Below the pieces are notes generated by a model that had not been told where the DNA came from, did no database searches, and saw only the letters and a list, made by a program, of their open reading frames with translations. Of a DNA stretch of 64,000 nucleotides, positions 12,125 to 25,344 are shown in pieces. A program made the translations under genes and the position numbers. The stretch comes from Cetorhinus maximus (Eukaryota). The stretch spans positions 57,350,001 to 57,414,000 of the forward strand of contig NC_135896.1 of assembly GCF_964194155.1 (NCBI RefSeq), given 5' to 3'. Positions within the stretch are counted from its first letter, which is position 1. The number at the start of each line of letters is the position of its first letter.

Positions 12125-13635
12125 AGGGAGACAAAGCAGGAAGCTACAGGCCAGTTAGCCTCACATCTTTCATTGGGAAAATGCTAGAAGCTATTATTAG
12201 GGAGGCTATAGCAGGGCACTTAGAAAATCTTAGTCAACATGGTTTTGTGAAAGGGAAATCATGTTTGACTAATTAATTCGTGTTCTTTGAGGAAGTAACG
12301 AGCAACATGGATAATGGATGTGACGTACTTGGATTTCCAAAAGATATCAGATGAGGTGCCACATCAAATGTTACTACACAAAATAAGAGTTCATGGTATA
12401 TGGATAACTTACTAGGATGGATCGAAGATTGGTTAGCTAACAGGGTATAGAGATAAATGGTCAGTTTTGGTTTGGCAAGTTGTAACTCATAGAGTGACAG
12501 AGGGATCAGTGTTGGGCCCTCAGCTATTTACAATCTATAAAAAATGACTTAGATAAAGGAACCGAATGTATGATTGTTAAATTTGCTGATGACACAAAGA
12601 TAGGTAGGGGAGTAAGTTGTGAAAAGGATATAAAGAGTCTGTAAGGGGATATAGATAGATTAAGAGGGTGAGCAAAAATTTGGCAGATGGAGTATAATGT
12701 GGGAAAAAAGGAGGTTGCCCACTTTAGCAGGAAGAATAGAAAAGTAGTATACTATTTAAATGGAGAGAGACCGCAGATCTCTGCGGTACAGATGGATCTG
12801 AATGCCCTGGTGCATGAATCATAAGTTAGTACAGAATGCAGGTATAGCAAGTGATTAGGAAGGCAAATGGAATGCTGTCATTTATTGCAAGGGGAATGGA
12901 ATATAAAAGTAGAGAATAAAAGCATGCTGGTGATCTGAAATAAAAACAAAGTGCTGGAAAAACGCAGTAGGTCTGGCAGCATCGTGGAGACAGAAACAGA
13001 GTTAATGTTTCAAATCCAATATGACTCTTCCACAGAACTTCGGGACTAAAAGTAGGCAAGTTTTGCTACAGTTGGTGAGATCACATCTAGAGTACTGTGT
13101 ACAGTTTTGGTCTCCTTACTCAAGGATATAATGGCATTAAGAGCAGTTCAGAGAAAGTTCACTTGACTGATTCCTGGAATGAAGAGGTTGTCTTATGAGG
13201 AAAGGTTGAACAGGTTGGGCCTGTATCCATTGGAGAATGAAGAGCGACCTTATTGAAACGTATAAGATCCTGAGTGGACTTAACAGGGTGAATGCTGAAA
13301 GGATGTTTCCCCATATGGGAGAGACTAGAAAAAGGGGCACATTTTAAAAATATCATGTCACCAATTTAAGACAGAGATGAGGAGTTTTTTTTTTCTTTCA
13401 GACTGTCATCGGTCTGTGGAATTCTCTTCCCTAGAGAGCAGTGGAGGCTGTGTCATTGAACATTGAATTAAGCTGAATTGGGTAGATTCTTGATTGACAA
13501 GGGAGTCAAAGGGGGTAGGGGAGTAGGCAGGAAAGTGGAGTTAAGGCCACAATCAGATCAGTCATAATCTTGTCAAATGACGGAGCAGGCTTGAGGGGTC
13601 AAATGGCCGACTCCTGCTCCTAATTTGTATGATTT
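12125..13635 (+). mobile_element. CR1 RT domain and 3' end (5'-truncated)
   Basis: 'caacatggttttgtgaaagggaaatcatgtttgactaat' (QHGFVKGKSCLTN), 'aaatttgctgatgacacaaag' (KFADDTK), tail 'aaatggccgactcctgctcctaatttgtatg'. Confidence 0.9.
12913..13046 (-). mobile_element. Short Penelope-type terminal-repeat element with 9-bp TSD
   Basis: TSD taaaagtag at 12904-12912 and 13047-13055. Body 'ctgaaataaaaacaaagtgctggaaaaacgcagtaggtctggcagcatc...gagttaatgtttc' recurs at 36058-36870. The Penelope assignment is inference. Confidence 0.65.
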
Positions 13636-14099
13636 TTCTTTGCAGGTGAGCTCCATGCCCATCATAAATTTCATAAATCATAAATTTCTTCCAGGAGCAG
13701 CTTTGCACTACAAATTGTCAATATCTTCTACATTGCACCATTCCTGCCACAATCACTAATAAGAATGTTCACACTAAACACATAAACATGCGTCCGGCTA
13801 AATTTGACCTTTTACAAGGTTGCTTTTCTTTCCTGTGAAAATGACTCATTCCCAATAGATTGCGGTTTGTGGCTTGCACTCTTTCAGGCAGAGAGAATAT
13901 AAAATAAGACTGTCAACTCCCAAATATACCATGGACATCTTGTTCCAACCATGATACAGGCATGGATTACTAAAAGGTCAGGCTGAAGGCAGTGATTACT
14001 GTGCACTTTTCCACAATCAACAACCTATAGAAAATGTGAACATGGATAATTAAATCAGATAGGGATGGGCGTTAGTGTAATAAGGACATAGGCTATTTT

Positions 14100-14325
14100 C
14101 TAGAATTACATAGGTATACAGCACAGAAACAGGCCTCTTGGCCCAGCAGGTCTGTGCCAGTATTTATGCTCTAACCCTATTAGCATAGTATTCTATTCTT
14201 TGCTTCTTCATGTATTTCTCTAGGTTCCCCTGAAATATATCTATGCATATCACCTCAACTATTCCATGTGCTGGCAAGCTTTAAATTTAAACCACTTACT
14301 GGATAAAGAAGTTTCTCCTTATTGG
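14100..14325 (-). mobile_element. CR1 3' end fragment (antisense)
   Basis: 'acagcacagaaacaggcctcttggcccagc' and 'ggataaagaagtttctcc' are reverse complements of CR1 tail motifs. Confidence 0.65.
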
Positions 14326-14544
14326 AATATGTGCCCCATAATATAATATCACTATGTTGGCTTCACCTTATATGTAAAAAGGAGAAGGACTGGAGCAACG
14401 GCCAAGGTTTACTGTCTCCACTTCCAATGGCCTACAAGCATGTTCTATCAATAGGCAAGCTTTAAAAAATTGTGAGCAACTCTTATAGGAAAGGAAGCAA
14501 CTGTGGTCACAGTCATACAGTGATTCAAAGTTTCATTAGAATTA

Positions 14545-16240
14545 TAAGAACATAATATTAGAAAAAGATGAAGGAGTAGACCATATGGCCCCTCGAGCCT
14601 GCTCCGCTATGTAGGATCAAAATCCCCTCCAACTGGGAAATTTATGAAACATAATTTCAAACCCAGGGACATGTTTTGACCTCATGATTGGATCTATAAA
14701 CTTCAAAAAGATAAGTTGTACTCAGCAGTACAGGGCTGGGCAGCAAGGGGTCAATTTGGGCATTTAGTGAAAACACAGTAACTCATCAAAAGAGTTTGGA
14801 CATTGACCAACGCAATCAAGAAGTCTGATTACCCAATACAATAGCACAACGGACATACCATCAATACAACACACTCAAGGAATTATTCAACCACCATAGA
14901 CAATAGTACTGGAACAGGGTCATTCAAATCCTCATTAACTTTGGAGCCAGGTGCTGTTACTGTGTCACCTCAAATAGCAGGAGAATTGCTCATACAATGA
15001 GAGCTGATAATATTCATCTGGGTACATCTTCCATGGAAAACCCTGTATTGTTTCAACCAACAGGAGCTGATGACGTTTGTCTGGACTTTGCATGGAATCA
15101 ACTAAATGGACATTGGAACAACAGGAAATATGTTGTGACATGTCTGATTTAAATTATTATAAAAGCAGAGTAGATCTGAGCATTGGGGCTGCAGGTGGAA
15201 GGAGGGTGAGAGTTAGTCACCTTGACTCAGGCCTATAGTCAACATTGGACAGACCAGCCATGTTGGGGGTTGTAAGTGTTTTCAGCCATATTGTGGTGAT
15301 ACTGGCCTGAAGGTTTTTGGGCTGCAGTCAAGAAGAAGGGTCAGGAAGGGTCAACCTGCCTCGCGGACCTACAGTTCTTACCGGAAGGACCAACTATGTT
15401 GGTGATTGTAAGTTTCAGCCAAATCGTAGTGATATTGGTCTGAGGGTTTTGTGAAGGTTTGGAACAATTTTACTGGTACCCTGTAACTTGTTTCAGCCAT
15501 ATCTTGGTGATATTGGTCTGAGGGTTTTTTCCTTAAGGTTTCAGGAGAGGACGTGATGTTTTGCCTGTGCCTTTGTAAATTTTAACCGAGTCCTGGTGAC
15601 TTTGTGTCGGGAATAGGTTGTTATAAATTTTGGGTTTTGTACTGTGGGGTTGTGCGTGATCCAATAAAGCAATTGTGAATTACTATAAGAAACTTGTCTC
15701 GCTGGGCATTCTGTTCAAGCCATACACTTGTGAATCTGGTGTCACAAACTTGAGTGTGTGGAGGGTCTCTAAGGGTCCCTACAGCTTTTCAAAATAATTA
15801 TGGCTGATCCTTGGCTTCAACTCCACTTTGCTGCCCGCCCTCCATATCCCTTGATTTCCTGAGAGACCAAAAATCTGTCTATCTCCGCCTTAAATATATT
15901 CAACAATGGAGCATCCACAACCCTCCGGAGTAGAGAATTCCAAAGATTCACAACCTTTTGAAAGATGAAATTTCTCCTCATCTCAGTTCTAAATGATCAG
16001 ACATTTATCCTAAGACAGCGCCCCATATATTGGATTGCCCAACCAAAGGAAACAACCTCTGTATCTACCCTGGTATGCTTCAATGAGATCACCATTCATT
16101 CTTCTAAATTCCAGAGTATAGGCCCAATTTATTCAGCCTCTCATCATAGGACAAGCATTATACCCCAGGAACCCATCCAGTGAACCTTCACTGCACCGCC
16201 TCCAAGACAAGTATACCCTTCCTTAGATACAGAGACCAAA
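14545..16240 (-). mobile_element. CR1 3' fragment (antisense) split by a solo LTR
   Basis: 'ggagtagaccatatggcccctcgagcctgctccgc' resumes after 15783 as 'tggctgatc...gagaattccaaagattcacaacc'. Confidence 0.8.
14610..15783 (+). mobile_element. Solo LTR (~1174 bp; ERV- or Gypsy-like)
   Basis: Inverted termini tgtaggatc / ggtccctaca, 4-bp TSD gcta/gctt, TATA-like tataaaa at ~15158, aataaa at ~15663, and internal ~40-bp repeats. Confidence 0.75.
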
Positions 16241-16353
16241 ACAGTGAGAGTGTGAGTACACTTTCTGAACATCATCATATACAAGTTTCATGCCTTTTAA
16301 AAAATATTCTGCTTTTCTAGTCTTGCATTTCCCCACATTAAATTTCACTCTTA

Positions 16354-17039
16354 GGGCAGAATTTTATGTAGGTGACCGGGGTCTTGCCTGCTAGCTGGAG
16401 AGCCGGTGATAGCCTCGTGTTGCCTACTTACAGGAAGGCCTGCCAAATTAAGTGCCAATCAGACAGTTAACTGGGCAGCAGTGGGTCTTGCCCAAGATCA
16501 AAGAGCCCAGCGGCGGAAAGGCCACAAAAGAGCTGCTGGACAATCGGATGCTGGCAACTGCGCATTGCGCTGCATCACCACTGGGAACATGGTGTCTGCT
16601 GCACCTACCTGAGGTCCAGGATCACCGAGGGACCCAGGCCACAGGTGAGTGAAGAAAGGAGGGGGAATGATGAGGTGGGGGTCGTGGGGGAGGGAGGTTG
16701 GCTCTTCATAGGGCTCTCATTTCCTGCCATTGCCGAGTGCCTGACAATGGGGGAACCCCCCTCCCACCTCCCCAGAAGCCCGCAAACAACCCAAACAGAG
16801 TTTGTTTCTCAGCTTCTCACATAGCAAATCCCCCACCCGATGTTGGGTGAATACTAGCGGCAGCAGGATGAAGCCCTTAAGTGGGCGGTGGGTTAGAAGG
16901 CTGTCCACGAGCCCCCCTGTCCTGGACTTAATCAGGTCACAGGTGGAAAGGTAGCGGGGTCGCCACCTGCCACCCACCCACCCAATTAAATGTCCCCTGT
17001 CACCAAACCTGCCTTGCAGGAGGGCATTAAATCCCATCC
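16354..17039. mobile_element. Harbinger-type MITE, family B
   Basis: TIRs gggcagaatttta / taaatcccatcc with exact TTA TSD (16351-16353, 17040-17042). Homologous to 36153-36832. Confidence 0.8.
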
Positions 17040-17374
17040 TTAGCCTTTAACCAATAAAAATGTTGAGATCAATGTATTATTACAAATGTTGGAATAATGG
17101 AACTGTTAACACTGTTGCCAGAATCCTGAAATTGAACTTATGCCTGTCACAATACATACTCCTTAAAATTACAGCATCACAAGACTCAAGAAGGTAAATA
17201 GTAAGAGTTTACACTGGGTAGAAGGGAGATTGAGTTTGCAAGCTGAGTGAATGTATTTTAAGAAACAATTTTACATATTTTAATCTTTGGACTGACTAAA
17301 CATAAATTCTATGGCTAGAATTTAGAATATAGCAAACAGCTGATGTGTGAATGCTTACTCAACTGACTGATAGT

Positions 17375-17910
17375 ATCGGCAGGAGGCTGGGTCCACTTTG
17401 AAGGATGGGCCCCATTTCCATACCACCAGTGGACTTTAGATGTCAACCAGCCTGGCAGCTCTCACCCAAAACAATATTGGGCAGCCTGGAGTCTGAGCTG
17501 GCAGCCTGAAAGGTAGTACCATGTGGGTGGAATTGTGAGTGCACCTGGGGATGTGCAGGCAATGAGATTGAGGGGAGCTGATGGTGGTGGTGGTGGGGGG
17601 AGGGGGGGGGGGGTGTTGGTGTGGTTTGGGGGAGGTGGGGGTGTTGGGAGGGTGGCAGGGGGAAAGGATGATTGGTTGGCATGAAGCCTGGTATGGGAAA
17701 AAACCTACAATATTCTTTTGGAGCACAGAGAAACACTCCTGCTTCTCCTGGTCCCCCATATAAATAATTTTACCACGTGCATTGTTGATACTCAGTTGTT
17801 GCTTCCACCCGGTGAAACTCAGCAGAGTGTGCAAGACAAGAACTCTGCCTAGTATTCTCCCAAAATGGTGAAAGGGATCCTATGTACATCATAGAACTTG
17901 GATTTCCCTA
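17375..17910. mobile_element. Degenerate GC-rich MITE-like remnant with a G-rich tract
   Basis: GC-rich block with a poly-G tract, similar in style to the other MITEs. Termini not resolved. Confidence 0.3.
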
Positions 17911-18179
17911 TTGATAGGCTGCCTGGGTGTGGTTACTGAGGAAGACAAACTAATAGTAATCTGGAATCTTGTGGCTGCTGAAGACGTCTTAAGGCATTGA
18001 AACTCCTGTACACAGAGAATCTGGTGTGTCATCTCTGCATATTGCCACGGCATAAAACAACACAATTAGCAGTGAGATGGAAAATAGTTTAAATTTACTG
18101 GACCCAGCATTTTAAATTTCTTTGTCAGGAGATCCATCCATGCTATGAGATCGTTGGAGTTTAGGGTTCAAGACCTACT

Positions 18180-19880
18180 TGCTTGCTGTGGTGATAGACA
18201 GTTCAGATGCAGCAGTGACCTGCAAGAAGGCAATATTCATACGTTGTCTTGGAGCAGAAGGCCAGTGAGTATTTGAGCAGCTCACAGAAGACACATCTAA
18301 GTTTCAGTGGAAAGTGCGCCCAAAAAATACTTTGGGCTAAAGAAAAATATGATGATCGATTGATATACCTTCTGCCCGAGATGCCAGGGAAATCATGATC
18401 TTGGAAAACAATACATGGTAGTGTTGTGGCAGTTGGCTTCCACATATAAATTCATGGCCAATTTATAGAAAAAAGGCTGAACTAGAGAATGCTTCCTCAT
18501 GGAGGATGATGATTTAATCTTGGAAAAAGAGTCAACCTTGACAGTCCAAATCCAATCTGCCATGATTGATTCAAAGATGTTACACAGAAATGTACCCTCG
18601 GACTTAGAGTCACAGACACAGCTTGTCCAACCAGCTCAAGTACAAGGGTTATGTTCAAAGAGATCTCAGCAAGCTCATCAAACATATCCCATCAAGATCA
18701 GATACCTTGAAAAAAACAGCCCAAATTATGGAGGTGCTGAGTGATCCACAACACCGTATCCAGCTTGAGGGAAAAACTGTAACTCATGTCTAAAGTGCAG
18801 GTCACAAAGAAGAGGACTTCACCGGTCTGACATGTGTGGGAATCTCTTCCTGAGGGTGAAATATGGCATGTGTATACCATCATGAACAGTAAAGCATCAG
18901 CTCATTTTAAGGAATGCTCAGTCAATATTTTAGGTATCTCAGTGTTGCTTCTCATTGATGTTAGCGTGAAAGTATCTATATTGCGCAAGAAACTCTACCA
19001 TTATTATTTTTCGCAACTTTCTTTTTTTGCACGTTCTTCAAGCTTATGATGATTCTATTATTCCGCTTTTTGGAATTACCACAATTCCAGTGTGCTACAA
19101 TAATGTCACCCTAGGAAAGTTCACATTCTACATAGCCAAAGGCAGAAGCCTTTTGGGGGTAAACCTTTACAATAAGTTTGGCTTCAAATTTGAAACCCCA
19201 CTGGAGCACACATTAACGTGATCAATGACACAGACTATACACAACAGTATCATGCCTTATTTACTGGATTCTAGGAGCTTAAGGGGCAGTGTCATGCTTC
19301 TCACGTCAACACATCAATTCCACTGGTTTCGCAAAATTTGAGATGGTTGACGTTTGCCAACCGTGTGAAGCATCACAGCAGCTGAAATAAATTGAAGCAG
19401 ATGGTATCATTGAACAAATCAACTTACCCATGGATATCGAACATAGCCATTGTGTGATGCAAAAATGGTGATGTTAGACTATACACTGACCTTAAGGCAG
19501 TCAACAAAGCAATCATTCCAGGTAAGTATTCTCTTGCTATGACTCAACAACTATTGGTTGTTCGTGACTCCACAATCTTCATGAAACACAATAGAAGATA
19601 TCTTCAGATATCACAAGCAGAGCAAAGCCAATATCTTACAGCTTTAGTTACTCACAAATGTGTATTTCAGTATCTCAGAATGCCCTATGGACTAAGTTCA
19701 ACATCTAGCGCATTCCAGAAGGTCATTTCTTCAGTCTTGTCTGATGTTGAGGGGATGTTTAACCTGCTCAATGACATTGTTGCCCATGGAAGGGACAAAA
19801 CATAACACAATCAGTGGTTAACAGTAGTGTTCATCTGATTCGCACACCCAATTTAATGCTCAACAAGGACCTATTTGCAG
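18180..19880 (+). mobile_element. Decayed Ty3/Gypsy gag-protease-RT remnant
   Basis: Gag-like 'MEDDDLILEKESTLTVQIQSA', protease-like 'LLIDVSVKVSIL' (cf. LIDTGAKVSIL), RT 'VFQYLRMPYGLSSTSSAFQKVI...NLLNDIVAHG'. Confidence 0.75.
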
Positions 19881-22800
19881 TGTAAAAAACATACCTTTTT
19901 ATTTCTGTTGGACCGTGGATTAATACTACAAAGGCTGCAGTTTGAAAGATATAGCCACTAGGACAGGATAAGAGATATATACAATGTTGCAGTCAGAGTG
20001 TGCCATGAAAAAACAGGATGGTGCCAGACAGGAGTCCTGGACCAAGGGAGGTGGCTAGCAACAATGTTTCAATTGGCTCCTGACCAGGTGACCAGGTTTT
20101 GTGTGAGAACAGTGTGTACAATAGCTCCTAGCCTGAAAGGAAAAAGACCTAAACACTGTCTCTCCTGTGTGTGGAAGATTCCAATAATTCCATAATAATA
20201 GCTAGCTGGCTTTTTCTCCTCAGATCTCTATAACCTGTTCTCTCTCTCAGAAAACCCCTGCCAGAGGCAAAGGGGAAAATCACTGATAAAGGCATTGAAA
20301 GGCAAGTGCTCAAACAGGAAGCTAAATACTGAAACCTCTGGAAGTCCACCTCATGTCATCGAGAACTGAAAGGAATTTCGAAGACATTGATCAAAATCAA
20401 CCCATTGAGTCCTGTGCTCCAGAATTGGTGCTATTGAACTGTTTTATCCCACCCTTAAAATCTATGGATAAAATTGTTAGCTCGGCAGGCAGGCGCACGC
20501 CTGACATCATTACGCACTGGGTGTTGGCAGTGCACCCGCAGACAAGTAAAAGGCCTATTAAGGCCATTAACAAGTTAATTAAAACAATTTTTTTGCTGCC
20601 CGTCCAACCGTATGGTTGGCGGGCGGGTAATTTTTGGAAACCTCATCCACGGGTGGGATGAGGTTTCCAAAAGCAAATAATAATCAAATAAAAACTTTAT
20701 TTTTTCATTATTAACATGACCCTGCTCATGTGACAGAGTCACATGAGGCGACATATTTCGTTACATTCTTTTTAAAAAATTATTCTTTTTCATATACCAT
20801 CATCTCCTTGAGGCAGCTCTCTGCCTCAGGGAGATTATGTAGCGTTCACTCACACGTATGCATGAAGATCATGCTCACCCGGCTTGCACTCTTCCCCCCG
20901 CCCACACAGGCAGCGCTCAGCACCGCCACTCGCGTTTTACTTTGAGCGGGCCTTAATTGGCCTGCCAGTGTGAAATTGCCTTCCGGGCCCGATCACAGGC
21001 AGCGGTCGGCTTCCCAACCGCCGCACCGTCCCCGCCGAGCCCGCACGCCAAGGGTAAAATTCTGCCCTATGTTTTTGTGTGTCTTATATGTCTTGTATGT
21101 GTGTATATAGGGATTTAAGAAGGGGTAGAGTTTAAGTTATAGAGGTAGAAATTAGCAGTTCATATTTATTTATTTTGCCACTGGTTAATGATAGTTTATT
21201 CAATGAACAGTTGTTTCCTTAAATTTGCTTGTATTCTGTTAACTTAAATTAAACAGTTAGGTAGACTTGGGGCAACCTGGTGGTTTGGTCAAACTTTTCA
21301 CATATGTCACAGCTCAGGGATCAATGGGGCTTGATATTACAGCACACTATCCCTAATGAGTCATGACAAAGTTTGGGGGCTTGAGTCCCGGATATTTTGG
21401 AACAAAAGACAACAATGATTTGGGTGTGGATTTACTAAGTAGTACAAGCTAAAGGAAACACCAAGTTTGTACTATCAAAAATAAGATGGCACTGGAAGCT
21501 GCTAAAGATTTACTGCAAGTGGAAGAGATGCCCCTGATGATTTTACAAGGGATTCCAGAAGCCAGGTTAATCGAATTTGCAAGTAAATTAGAGTAGGATT
21601 GCCTCCCAAAGCTAGGATGGCAGAGATAATCAAAGAGATGGCACAGCATTAGAAATTTGAAGGAATACCCGGGAGATTGAGTTCTCCAAGGGGTGGTTTA
21701 TTAGAATGGGCTCAAAACCGGTTGCAAATAAAAAAAATTGGAACTTAGAGGCAGAAGAAGAAGAAAAAGAAAAGGAAAGAGAAAGGGCATTCCAAAGAGA
21801 ACAAGCAGAAAGAGCAGAGAAAGAAAAAGAAAATGGAAGAGAGAGAGCATTTCAAAGGGAGTTCGAAATGGCAATGTTAGAAAAGGAGAAAAGAGAAAAA
21901 GAGAGAGAATTCCAGCTTAAAATACTGACAGTTAAAAAAGAGACACCAGTAGGTGAGGCAGGACATTTTTCCAGATCAGAGCCCTGTGGGGAGATGTTTA
22001 AATTTGTACAAGCTCTTCCAAAATTTGAGGAAAGGAATGCTGAAGCTTTTTTTATTTCATTTGAGAAGATGACTAAATAGATGAACTGGCCAAAGGAAAA
22101 CTGGACATTTCCCATGCAGAGCAAATTGACAGGCGGAGCACAGGAAAATTATGCTTCACTTTCAGAGGAGGTTTCTAGGGGTTATGATGTGGTGAACAAG
22201 GACATTTTGAGTGCATATGAGTTGGTCCCTGAAGTATGCAGACAAAAGTTTTGAAATTTAAGGAAACAGCCTGGGCAAACTTACATTGAATTTGAAAGGA
22301 TTAAGCAAAGTAGTTTTGACAGGTGGATATAAGCATTAGGAGTTGAAACTACCTATGAAGTTCTAAGAGAGACCATTCTCTAGGAAGAATTTTAAAAACT
22401 CCCTTCCTTCTGTAATAAGAACCCATGTTGAAGACCAAAGGGTTGCAACCTCTCGGCAGGCAGCAGTAATGGCTGGCGATTATGAGCTGATCCATAAAAC
22501 TAAACCTTTTTTCCATCACCCCCATAAATTTGAAAAGAATACAAAGTGGGAGACTGAAAGGAAGGCAAATAGCCAGGGTGAAGAATGGATAGCTGGAACC
22601 ATCTTGAGATCCCCTCCCTAGATCAGGAAGGAAGGTACAGAGGGTGGAGGTGAAACTCGAAGGCCTATGTGTTTCCATTGTAATAAAGTGGGACACATCG
22701 TTTCAGAATGCTGGAAGTTGCAAGGCAAGCCCATGGGACTTATTGGAGCTCATAAGAGTGAGTCCGAAAAGGGAACTCAAAAAGAAAATGCCATGGATCA

Positions 22801-25344
22801 AATTGTAGCTTTAACCACAAATAAAGGTCTGGAGGTAAACACTGCTGTGAATGCACATGAAGTAAATAAGATAGATGAGAGATATAAAGGGCTTTTGTCT
22901 AAAGGAAAGATAACCCCTTTTCCATCAAATGATGCATCTAAACCCATAACTATATTAAGGAACACAGGAGCTACTCAAACTCTTTTGCTGGAGATGAACC
23001 TAGTTTCCCCTCCAGAGAGCTCAATGAAAACTAAAGTATTGGTAAACAGGATAAATGGAGAATGCATCCCGGTTCCATTGTGCAAAATGTAATTGCAATG
23101 TGATTTGTTGTCTGGATCAGTGGTTGTAGGACTGGTTCACCACCCATGGATGGAGTTGATTTACTCCTGGGGAATGATTTGGCAGGAGTGAAGGTTATAG
23201 CTGCGTCCATAATTACGGAAAGTCTGAGAGCGGTTAAAGAGACAGAGCAGTTACAAGAACAAGTTCCTGATATTTTTCTGTCGTCTATGGTAACCAAAGC
23301 AATGACTAAACAAAGTCCATCACCAGAGGTCAAAGTAATACCATGAGCAGATGTTAGAGTAGCCGAAACTTTCTTTAAGGATGAGGATAATTCATAGGAA
23401 ATGTTTGGCAGGTCTTCATTAATTGAGGCTCAGAAAGCAGGTCCAGAGTTAAACAAATTAGCACAGTCAGATCACACTGGAGCTTAGGCGGGAGAAGTTC
23501 CGGAGTGCTATTACCTTAAAAATGGAGTTCTGATGAGGAAATGGAGACACCCTCACAGACCTGCAGATGAGGAATAGATGGTTCTTCATCAGATAGTGGT
23601 ACCACCCAAATATTGTAAGGAGATATTGCGAGTGGCACATGAAATCCCTATGACAGGACAAGTAGGAATACAGAAAACCCAAGCATCGAGAAAAAGGCAC
23701 TTTACCTGGCCAAGACTTTATAGGGATGTAGTACAATTTTGTAAAATGTGTCATACATGTCAGGTAGTAGGTAAACCTCAACATGCAATCAAACTAGCAC
23801 CTTTAATATTGATACTAGTTTTTGAAGAACCAGTCAGTCAGGCATTAGTAGATTGTGTAGGAGTATTACCCTAAACTAAAACAGGACATCAGTATATCCT
23901 TACAATCATGGATATGACAATGTGATTTCCAGAAGTTATTCCTTTAAGGACAATTACAGCTAAGGTGGTAGTGGAAAAGTTAACTCAGTCTTTCACTCAT
24001 TATGGCCTACGATTTGAAATACAATCTGATCAAGGTTCTAACTTCATGTCTAAAAAAATTCCAGGGCATAATCAGCAGTTTGGGTATCCGACAACTAAGG
24101 TCTACCGCCTATCACTCACAGACACAAGGAGCTTTAGAGAGATACCATCAGACTCTCAAAACCATGATTAAGACCATGAATACCCAAAGGATTGGGACAA
24201 AGGGCTAGATTTATTACTATTTGTTACCAGAGATTCTCCAAGTGAATCTATTGGCTTTAATCCTTTCGAATTGATCTATGGTCATGAAATAAGAGGTCCA
24301 TTAAAAGTGATTAAGGAAAAGTTCCTAAAGCAGAAAGGCGAATTCTCCATGTTGGATTACGTGTCCATGTTTCTAGAAAGACTCACAGGAGTAAAGTAGT
24401 GTGAGAGCACTTAAAAATTTCGCAAGCCAAAATGAAAGAATGGGCAAACATGCTACAACTAGAACATTCCAAGCAGGAGATGATGTATTGGTATTATTAC
24501 CTTTGCAGGGTGAACCCCTGAAAGTAAAATTCAGTGCCCCCTATAAGGTAGTTAGGAGAGTTTGTAAAGTGACTTACCTGATAGATACTCCTGAGCATAG
24601 GGAGAAGGAAAGGTTATGTCACATAAACATGTTGAAGCAATATCATTATGGAGAAGATGATAAGACATAGCAAGTGTGCCTGGTGGTAGGAGTAGTGGAG
24701 GATGACAGAGACAGTAAGGGCAAGGTAGAAGGAGAAGTAGACAGTGCACAAAGCGAACCTCCTACAATTCGACTGGCCAATACGACAATAGTGGGACAGT
24801 TAGACACTGTGTTCTCATATTTAGAGGAAGGACCACGGGAAGATCTAATAAGGTTACCTAGGAAGTTTGTGCCTATGTCTGTACTCCTCACCAATTTGTT
24901 AAGAAAACAGGCAAAAGTGGTCTAATCAGCAGAATGCCAAGCAGCCTTTGTAAAGCTGCAGGAAATCTTAATAAATGAACCAGTGTTGGCCGCCCCTGGC
25001 TTTACCAAATTTTTAAAATGGCAATTGATGCTTGTGACTTGGGGGTAGGTGCAGTCCTATTTCAAGATGATCAATTGGGGATAGAGAAGCCGGTAGGATA
25101 CTTTTCCAAGAAACAAAATCAATATCAGAGGAAGTCCTTTACAGGAGAAAAGAAACTCCAGCATTGTTGTTCAACACTTTGAAGTTTATGTCCGACATGA
25201 TAACAAAGAAACACTAATCTACAATGACCATAATCCGCTGGCGTTCTTTGAAAAGTTTAAGACTCGAATTACAAAACGGTTTAGATGAAGCCTATTGTTT
25301 CAACCATTCAATGTAAAGATTGTTTGCATTGCCGGTAAAGATAA
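19881..25344 (+). mobile_element. Gmr1-type Gypsy retrotransposon: 5' LTR, tRNA-Pro PBS, gag/SCAN/CCHC, PR, IN, RT mostly deleted, RNase H
   Basis: LTR 19881-21368 (tg...ca), then tgggggcttgagtcccggat (close to the Pro PBS TGGGGGCTCGTCCGGGAT). 'FEERNAEAFFISFEK', 'AYELVPEVCRQKF', CFHCNKVGHIVSEC, PR 'ILRNTGATQTL', IN 'H...CKMCHTCQ', 'QSDQGSNF', 'QGALERYHQTLK', RNase H 'AIDACDLGVGAVL' and 'DHNPL'. Confidence 0.85.
20466..21067. mobile_element. Harbinger-type MITE, family A (inside the Gmr1 LTR)
   Basis: TIRs ggataaaatt / aaaattctgccc, TSD tat/tat, internal hairpin ggaaacctcatcc-N6-ggatgaggtttcc. Confidence 0.85.

Noticed and set aside
15278-15612. CRISPR-like repeat-spacer appearance
   Set aside because: Only 3-4 degenerate repeats, unequal and partly related spacers, located inside an LTR in a eukaryotic context, with no cas genes.
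21706-22080. Glu/Lys/Arg-rich coiled-coil ORF as a host gene
   Set aside because: It is the N-terminal part of the Gmr1-type gag, continuous with the SCAN-like region.
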